In this document: positions 56,312 through 64,000 of the stretch, piece after piece | Layout: the number at the start of each line of letters is the position of its first letter | How positions within the stretch are numbered: position 1 is the stretch's first letter | NCBI GenBank assembly: GCA_000004985.1 | Contig: GG738866.1 | DNA: 64,000 bases | Origin: Naegleria gruberi | Taxonomy: Eukaryota | Reading direction: 5' to 3' (one strand) | Notes under the pieces: model-generated | Told to the model about the DNA's origin: nothing | Database searches by the model: none | The model's input: only the letters and a program-made list of their open reading frames with translations | Made by a program: the position numbers and the translations under genes

Positions 56312-59300
56312 ATGTCAGGAGAGCAGTAAGTCATTTAAAAATCTTTGCACCATCGATCTAATCACAATAACAACAACAACAATAGCCACTTGATTATATA
56401 CGATTTTGAAGCGACCAATGAAGGTGAACTAACAGTAAAAGAAGGTGAAATTATTGAAGTTATGGAAGTTTACGATGATGGTTGGAGTTTATGTAAACGA
56501 CAAAAACAAAAAGGTTTAATTCCCTCATCGTATTATGATGAAAATCCATGTGATGGAGCAAATACACCAGGAGCTTCATCACTCGCATTTTCTCTCAATT
56601 CGAATAATTTAAATTTAAACGAACTTCAAATTGATGATAAATCAGCCATTTCGGCCAACAAACATGTGAGCATTTCGGCTGGAGGAATTAAAATTGTTAG
56701 AAAGGATTTGGGAAATGCCTCATCTTCCAATTCTAAACTTTATTCACCAACCGGTCCAATGGTAAGTTTTTACAAATTTTTATTGTAATTGACATTTATT
56801 ATTACAATTGTTAATTATTAATATTTAATAACAATTATTTAATATTAATGTGATCTTTATATAAATTGATAGAAACACTCAAAAACTGAAGCCTTTGCTT
56901 TGATTACAAAATTCATTACACAATCTGCCAAACGTAAGAAACTTCGTGATTGGATGTCAATTAAGGAAAATAGAAGTTTCCGTAAACGTAATGAATTAGT
57001 TAGAGAATTATTACAGACTGAAGAAAGTTATGTTCAGTCACTTCGTTTATTTGTAAATTCCTATGCTAAACCAGCAAAAGCAAATACTCAATTATTATCT
57101 GAAAAGAAATCAAAAATCATCTTTTCAAATATTGAACAAATTTTGGGTATTAATGAAACTGTATTGGCTAGTTTACAAGCAGCTATTATGAAATGGCCTT
57201 CAAAGAATGAATTGGGTGAAACATTTAATAGAATGGCACCTTTTTTCAAGGCCTATGTAACTTATATTAACAATTATGATGCAGCTTTTGAATTATTGGA
57301 AAGATGTGAAAAGAAAAAGAACAAATTCTTCCAATACATGTCAGATCAAACTGCTAAAAACCCAACAGAACACGGTTTGAGATCACTTTTGATTATGCCA
57401 GTTCAAAGGTTTGTAATTTTTAATTGTTGATTTTTACAAAATATTGAACTTTTTTCATGAATTATGTACTTCTACTATTTTGATAATGAATAGAATTCCA
57501 CGTTACAAAATGTTATTGGAACAAATTCTTGCATCAACACCTCAAGAACATGTTGAATATAAACACTATGAAACTGCATTAAAGACCATCAGTGATGTTG
57601 CTGTATTCGTGAACGAGAGAAAGAGGCAAGAAGATGATTCCAACGTCATCTTCACAGATTTAAAGACCAAATTGAGCAAACACTACAAGGCACTTGTAAA
57701 ACCAACAAGAAAAGTTATTAGAGATTATGTTTTCAGAATGAGAACAAGGGAAAAAGTTGAAAAGGAAGAATATAGAGGATATATTTTCACAGATGCAATG
57801 ATTATCTTACAGGAACAAAGTGGTTTATTCAATCTTTCAAAGAAATCATTCATGTTTGTTTACTTTTCATTCACAAAACTTCTTGGAAGAAATGGAGCTG
57901 AAATCAAGTTGAGTTACATTAACGGAGGCAAGGAAACAGACTTTTCCTTGATTGCAGCATCAGAGGAGGATGCCAAAGCTCTCTATGAAACATTCGACGA
58001 AAGAATCAAGAGTATTGAAGAAAGTCAAAGTTTCAAGAATATGAAACTCGATAGAGATTGTTACTCTGTCGGTAGAGAAAGAGCTAGTTTGGCTGAGAAG
58101 AGAGATGAAACTAAAGCTAAATTGGAAGCCAATGTAAAGCAATTCCATTCATCTGAAAAGAAATTGAAGAAATTGGATCAATCATTACAAAATCATGAAC
58201 AAGAATTGAAAAAGCTTGTTGAACTCATTTGTAGGGAACGAGAAGAAAAGAGTAACACTATCAAGGAAATGGAAGGAATCCAAGTTCAATGTGCAGATAT
58301 TCAAGTTCAACTCAAGAATAATTTGGAGGAAATCAAACAACGTGATGAAATTCTCTTTGATAAGATGTTACACAATGTTGGAGAGGACTTTGGTCTCGTT
58401 TTTGGTGAAGACAACCTTGTAGACGTACCTTCTGAATTGAAGAAAGCTCCAATCAATAATACTGTCTATATGAACTCGAGCAGTTCATACAAGCACATTG
58501 ATATTCAAGCCATTCTGAAAGAGGTTTCCAAAGTGGATGTCTCCATTGGTACAAGACTTGATTTTGAGAGTGATTCACCTGCAAGGTCAACACCAGTCAG
58601 TAGTAGCAGTAATATTTCACCTCAAAATATCAGTTCATTCACAGACAATTCTCCAAATACTCCAACAACTACTTCTCGTCCTAAACACATTCTTCCTCCA
58701 CCTTCTGAACTCAGAAAGTCCATGAATGGTACAAGTGATTTGGGTTTGGCAGCAGCTAAAATGAATTTCAATAATCCACAACCTCCACCACGTCCACCAC
58801 CATCCAAAACTCCAATCAACAAGCCAAGTGTTTCACCTCCTTCCACTACCAACTCACCAACTACGAGCTCTTTTGGAACTGGTAAACTATTGCCACCACC
58901 AAAACCAAGTGGCTCACCAACAACAGCAGTTCCACCACCTCCTTCAACTCAACCACCACCTCCAAAGAAACCCAACATTATCTCCACTCCTCCAAGTACC
59001 ACTGGAAATAACTCTTTCAAAACAGCTGCCTCTAAATTCGGCAATGATTTATCATCTCCAGGAAAGACCAGTACAACCACGTCACCATTCGGATCTTCAA
59101 CAAATTCAAATAGTTCCTCTTCATTGAGAATTGGTGGATTTAACAAGCTTAATACTCCATCATCAAATACTCCATCATTACCTTCTCCAAGAGACAAACC
59201 ATTACCGAAACCTGTTCCTCAAGTTCCACAAACTCAGTCAGTTACTAGCAACAGCAATGGCAGTACTCCAACACTTGTGAAGAAAACTCCTCTTCCACCT

Positions 59301-59315
59301 CCCAAAAAACTATAA
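56312..59315 (+). CDS. Rho guanine-nucleotide exchange factor: N-terminal SH3, DH (RhoGEF) domain, coiled coil, Pro/Ser/Thr-rich tail; 4 exons (56312..56325, 56386..56760, 56872..57408, 57494..59315)
   Basis: 14-nt first coding exon (ATGTCAGGAGAGCA), donor GTAAGT and a 60-nt intron. SH3 is LIIYDFEATNEGELTVKEGEIIEVMEV.DDGWSLCKR...GLIPSSY. DH is ELLQTEESYVQSLRL...LLIMPVQR|IPRYKMLLEQIL, split by an 85-nt intron at 57409..57493. A 111-nt intron lies at 56761..56871. Confidence 0.65.
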
Positions 59316-59641
59316 ACTATTTTCTCTTGTACTTTAGAATAATACTCAATCATCAACACTGCTCTTCATAATGAATTCAATCCATCTCATTTGGGTATCT
59401 TCATTAAGAAAAAGATGAAGGAACCTGCTCTTATCAAATTATTATGGAAGTTTATTGCTACTACTAATCCATTCAATATCTATTTTAGATGCCACATGTT
59501 TGTATTGTTAAAATAAATACAAATATTGTATGAGTACTTGGTGCTTAAATTTTGCGCCATTTTGTATTACACAAAAATTTAAAATACAAAAAAAAGACAA
59601 CACTCAACAACGTGCCTCTTTTCCCCCTCATATAAAACACA

Positions 59642-60407
59642 ATGTTAAAGTCAAGTGGTAGGTTTTTATATTGTTTGAAGAGGATTAGTGATACATTGAT
59701 GCTGATTAGGATTTTTTACTGACCAAGATAAGGCTAATGCTGCTAACGCTTTTGAATTTGCTACCAAATCGCTGGTGGAAAAGAAGGCCAGAGAAAATAT
59801 TAAAGCAGAAGAGGACAAGAATAAACCAAGATATGTACAACGAGATGTTTTCATTAAAGATAGTAGTTCCGGATTGAGGGAAGATAGACCAAAGGAAGAA
59901 AAGAAAAAAGACGAAGATGATGAATATGACTATCTTCTTGAGGAAGATGATGATGAAGAATTGAGATCACTCAGAGAACGAAGACTTCAAATTTTGAAGG
60001 AAGCAAACTCAAAGAAAATGGAATTGATTAATACACGCCAACACGGTAAATATGTGGAAGTTGAGGAAGGAGCATTTTTGGATACCGTGCTCAAGAGCAA
60101 GTATTGTGTTTGTCACTTTTTCCATAATGACTTTGAAAGATGTAAAATTGTTGATAAGCATTTAGGAACTCTCTGTCAAAAGTATTGGCAAACCAGATTC
60201 TTCAAGGTTAATGCTGAAAAGGCTCCATTTTTCATTTCTAAACTCCAAGTCAGAATGCTTCCAGCAGTTATTTGTTTTAAGGATGGTGTAATGGTGGACA
60301 GATTTGATGGTTTTGAGGAATTGGGAGGTGCTGATGATTTCCCAACAGTTAAAATGGATATGAGATTAATCCAATCGAAATGTGTTGGAGCTGACTTGCA
60401 ATTGTAA
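59642..60407 (+). CDS. phosducin-like / TXNDC9-type thioredoxin-fold protein; 2 exons (59642..59657, 59728..60407)
   Basis: 16-nt first exon ATGTTAAAGTCAAGTG, donor GTAGGT, 70-nt intron and acceptor ...TTTTTTACTGACCAAG. The thioredoxin-like C-terminal half lacks CxxC (KYCVCHFFHNDFERCKIVDKHL...RMLPAVICFKDGVMVDRFDGFEELGG), preceded by an acidic coiled coil. Confidence 0.5.
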
Positions 60408-60457
60408 ATTATTAAATATTTAACTAACTTATTTTCAAAATCTATTTAAACTTTAAT

Positions 60458-62799
60458 TTAAGGTGTTGTGCTTTCTTGTGAAGATTCAGTAGTTTCTGTT
60501 GATTCAGTCTTTTCCTCAACGATTGTGGATTGTTCTTGTGGTGGAACTTCAGTTACTTGCTCTTCTGGTTGACTTGTTGGTTCCTCGTTAGTTGATTGTT
60601 CTGTTTGTTCAACTGTTTCCTTAGTTTCTGTTTCGGTTGTTTGTTCAGTTTGGGTGGTGGTAGTTTCCTTAGATTCCTTTTGGGCTTTCTCTTGTTTTTC
60701 TTTAGCACGTTGTTCCACAATTTGCTTTTCCTTTTCAATTATTTCCACGACAGCCTTCACTTTCTCTTCTGTTTCACCAAAGACAGTGATGGAAGAATCC
60801 TTTAAATTGACCTTAACGATAGTATCAGTTTCTGTTTGAATTTTAGATCTTTGTTTGTTAATATTCCTAGCAACCTTAACATCAACCCTCAAAACTTGTT
60901 TGTGTTGAGTTTTTCTTTCATGTTCAAGTTCTTTAGAAATGATGGCTTCAACTTGAGATTTGGCCTTTTGGACTTCATCTTGTTTGTATCCTGTAATCTT
61001 GATAGTGTTTGATTTCTTCACAACAGTTACCCGTGTGTTAGTTTCCTTTTGAATCTTTTGGGAGGCTTCAATAATTACTTCTCCATGAGCTGGCTTTTGG
61101 AGTGGAATTTCAGCAATTGAGGCATCCTTCATGAGTTGTGCAACATGCTTGATAGCAACATCAGCACCTGATCCAGTTCCTGAAATTTTAACTACGTTAG
61201 CCTTCTTGTCGATAACTGTATTGACAACTCCGTCAAGATTTTGAATCTTTTTGAGGTTTTCTCCTTTCAATCCAAACAAGAGATCGATCATATCTTCGTG
61301 AGATTGACCAAGTTTGGTGATTTGAATTGTCTTTTCTTGGAGACCCTTTTCCAAGAATTCGTTAATGAGCTTTCTGGCAGCCTTAATTTGTTCAGTTGAG
61401 CCAGTTATTTTACAAGAACCTTCGAGCTTGTCTACGAAAATATCAGCTCCGGTTTCCTTCTTCCATTGAGAAACAACTCTGGTGAGTGGAACAAACATTT
61501 CCATCTTGAAACGAATTGAAGTTGATTCAGTCTTCTTTTTGGTGGTGAATAACTTTTCAATTAATTCCTTAGCTACAGCAACAGTTTCTGGAGTACCCTT
61601 AATAACAACTTGACTCAACTCCTTATTGATATTGACATCAGATCCAGATTTTTCTCTGATACTCTTAATGGTGGCACCCTTTTTACCAAAAACTTTTCCA
61701 ATCATTTCTGGATCAATGTTCATCTTTTCTGTGTGAACAAACTTTGAGAGACTATCAACTTCTTCTTGGATTTGCAATCTCTTGAGAGTGAGTTCTGTAA
61801 TTTCATTTTTAATGTCTGATCCAGTAACAACAGCTTCTCTGCTCTTGGTATCAATTAATTCAAGCAATTCCTTTCTTTCCTTCTTGAGCTGAGCAATTTG
61901 CTTTCTAGCCTTGGTGATGAATTTCTTCAATTCGTCAGATCCAGTGACTGATTCAGAAGCCTCTACAAGCATTGGTTCGTATTGTTGTTTAGCTCTCTTT
62001 AAAGCCTTCTTCTTTTCTGAAATTTCCTTTTCAGCCTTTTGGAAATTATTAACAACAATTTGGTATCGTTTGTGAACATCGTGTTGTTTGACAAGTATAT
62101 TCTCATATTCGTCGTATAATCTTTTAGCATCTCTCAACTTGTTGAATTTTGTCTTGAGTTGTTTCAATTCAGATTCTGGTGTTTCCTTAGATTCAAGTTT
62201 AGCCTCAACCTCACTCATAGCCTTGTTGTATGCAGCTACAGTAGAGTATGGCAAAGAAGATTTCTTAGCAATAATAATTTCTTTCTATTTTGAGAAAGAT
62301 CCAAATAATTCCGAAATGAATATGTTATGTAAAATGTTGTACATACCAATGAAGCTCTTTCATTATCTATTGCTCCCTTTTCCTCTTCAAGATTTTGTTT
62401 GTTTACCAAAGCAGTATCATAATCAACTTCGAATGATCTCAACTTGGATTTAATTAAATTCTTCTTTTCTCTTTCCAATTTATTTTCCTCAAGTTTTGAT
62501 TCAGCTTCAGCCAATTTTTGTTTGATTTCACTTTCAATTTTATCAATTTGTTGATTGAGACTCTTTACACGTTCTCTAGTTTCACTCAACTCTTTGTTAC
62601 TCAACACGGAAGATTCCTTGAGTGTTTTAGAAAGATTACTAGTATGAGATTTAATTAACTTGTTGATTTCACTGAGACGCTTCTTCTTTTCCTTTTCAAT
62701 ACGGATTACATCATCAAGAGTCAAGGAGACTTGTGGTGCTGTTGTTGTATTCCCTTCTTCAATAAAAGTTGGTTCTTCTTCCGTAGGTTGTGAAAGCAT
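60458..62799 (-). CDS. multi-KH-domain RNA-binding protein with N-terminal coiled coil and acidic Thr/Glu-rich C-terminus; at least 2 exons
   Basis: KH GxxG cores: VFGKKGATIKSIREKSG, LFGLKGENLKKIQNLDGV and ITGSTEQIKAARKLI. The upstream exon (start ATG at 62797-62799, MLSQPTEEEP...) joins through an intron of about 70 nt (GTATGT...AAATAG near 62285-62355) to ...KEIIIAKKSSLPYSTVAAY.... Confidence 0.5.
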
Positions 62800-63144
62800 T
62801 TTTTCTATTATGAAAATTCGGAAGCCTTTCAAATGATGAATTTTGAGCGCGAAAAGTCCAAGTTGCAACTTCATGCAGACGATCAAGTCATTTTACAAGT
62901 GTTGTCATGATGATTGTTTTTAATGAATTTCGGAATTTTAAAAATGATCATTTCCCAAGGAGGAACATTATCTTCTAATTTGAATCTTTTTCCTTCCAAC
63001 AACATAACTTATTTATCAACACTGATGAATTATTAATATTAATTTTATCACAATTGTTCCAGTGGATAAGGAATTAGAACAATGCAAATGTTACAACTTC
63101 CAAGTAAAAAACAATAACTATAACACATCAATTTTAAAAAAAAA

Positions 63145-63798
63145 ATGAGAAGACTTTTCGGAGGAAGTAAGGACAAGGCACCAACTGTTACTCTCGATGA
63201 TACAAGCAAGAGACTGGAAGATCGTCAGGAAGTGCTCGGAAAAAAGATCAAACAGCTGGAGGCAGAGCTGGCCAAGTTGAGGGATCAAATTAAAAAGACT
63301 CCGAATCAAATGATGCAAGAAAGATTAAAGCAAAAAGCTATGCAAGTATTAAAACAAAAGAAAATGTATGAAAAACAACAAGAATCATTGATGGGACAAC
63401 AATGGAATGTGGATCAAACTAATTTTACAGTCAATACTGTCAAGGATTCTGTTGATACAATTAATGCAATGAAGTACGCATCTAAAACTTTGAAGAAACA
63501 ATTCAAAGAAGTTAACGCCGATAAAGTTGAAGATTTATATGATGATATTGCGGATCAAATGGAAGATGTGAATGATTTACAAGAAATCATGTCACGATCA
63601 TATCAAACACCTGAGGAAGTTGATGATAATGATTTGATGGCAGAACTGGATATGCTTGAAGGTGATATGGTTGCAGAAGATGATTCTTATTTGGATATTG
63701 ATGTGGATGTTCCTAGCAAGAATATTAGCACTGGCAAGCTCACTAAAAAGCAACAAGAGGATGCTGATTTGGAAAGAGAACTCGGTCTGCTACAATAA
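63145..63798 (+). CDS. ESCRT-III subunit, Snf7/CHMP4 (Vps32) family
   Basis: MRRLFGGSK... N-terminus, basic helix 1-2, then an acidic C-terminal half ending DLMAELDMLEGDM (MIM2-like). 217 aa. Confidence 0.8.
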   Translation: MRRLFGGSKDKAPTVTLDDTSKRLEDRQEVLGKKIKQLEAELAKLRDQIKKTPNQMMQERLKQKAMQVLKQKKMYEKQQESLMGQQWNVDQTNFTVNTVKDSVDTINAMKYASKTLKKQFKEVNADKVEDLYDDIADQMEDVNDLQEIMSRSYQTPEEVDDNDLMAELDMLEGDMVAEDDSYLDIDVDVPSKNISTGKLTKKQQEDADLERELGLLQ

Positions 63799-64000
63799 GG
63801 TCATTTAATGATTCTAAAATTTTGCTTGCGTTGTTTTGTACATAAGTTACTTGTATATTAATTAAATTGATTTCAATTCATTTTCTGTCAACTAATTAAC
63901 AGTGTACATTTGTTTTGATGTATTTTAAAAAGAAAGTGATCTCTAATTCAGTAAACGATTCAATAAATCTCCAATGGTCATACCATCTCTTTCTAACCAT

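Noticed and set aside
58537-59197. ORFs 58537..58725(+), 58622..58852(-), 58828..59127(+) and 58949..59197(-) inside the RhoGEF tail
   Set aside because: They lie within the Pro/Ser/Thr-rich low-complexity coding region of the RhoGEF gene and translate it in alternative frames.
1-64000. CRISPR arrays, prokaryotic operons, transposases and integrases
   Set aside because: None are present. The sequence has eukaryotic gene structure throughout (spliceosomal introns, Pol III tRNA terminators, a CaaX box, histone-like and ubiquitin-like motifs).

Overview
This window is gene-dense nuclear DNA from an AT-rich (about one-third GC) unicellular eukaryote. I cannot name the taxon from sequence alone. 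An amoeboid or heterolobosean-type protist is my loose guess, and nothing in the annotation depends on it. The genetic code is standard: TAA, TAG and TGA all terminate otherwise intact conserved proteins. Genes carry few but very short GT-AG introns. Most that I could verify by restored protein motifs are 45-49 nt, others 57-163 nt, with donors mostly GTAAGT, GTAGGT or GTGAGA. Several adjacent ORF pairs in different frames in the six-frame track are therefore single spliced genes rather than frameshifts. There are about 40 protein-coding genes on both strands. Conserved housekeeping genes include the NEDD8-activating E1 regulatory subunit (NAE1), ribosomal protein eS10, an ABC-F ATPase, a DDX3/Ded1-type DEAD-box helicase, a PA200/Blm10 proteasome activator (1862 aa, C-terminal YYA), an actin-related protein, Snf7/CHMP4, a CRT-like transporter, a nodulin-like MFS transporter, a PTPDC1-like tyrosine phosphatase, an SH3-DH RhoGEF, a multi-KH protein, a twin-Cx9C protein, a Mut7-C nuclease-domain protein, a FIP200/Atg11-like scaffold, an RWP-RK transcription factor and a C2H2 zinc finger. 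There are three dispersed tRNA-Glu(UUC) genes. Two of them share a roughly 160-nt upstream module. The accessory content is more interesting. It includes a lineage-specific expansion of eight F-box-like genes with unusual C-terminal fusions: two to Rho/Ras-like pseudo-GTPases (one ending in a CaaX box), one to a ubiquitin-like domain, one to a transmembrane anchor, and one to ankyrin repeats. There is a cluster of DUF4116-like repeat genes containing a decayed copy. A signal-peptide-bearing Lys/Cys-rich repeat protein has no recognisable homolog. A Rab pseudogene sits in the gene-poor island around the RWP-RK gene. No prokaryotic-style defence or mobile system is present. The most novel candidate is the F-box-Rho pseudo-GTPase architecture, a putative SCF counterpart of RhoBTB.
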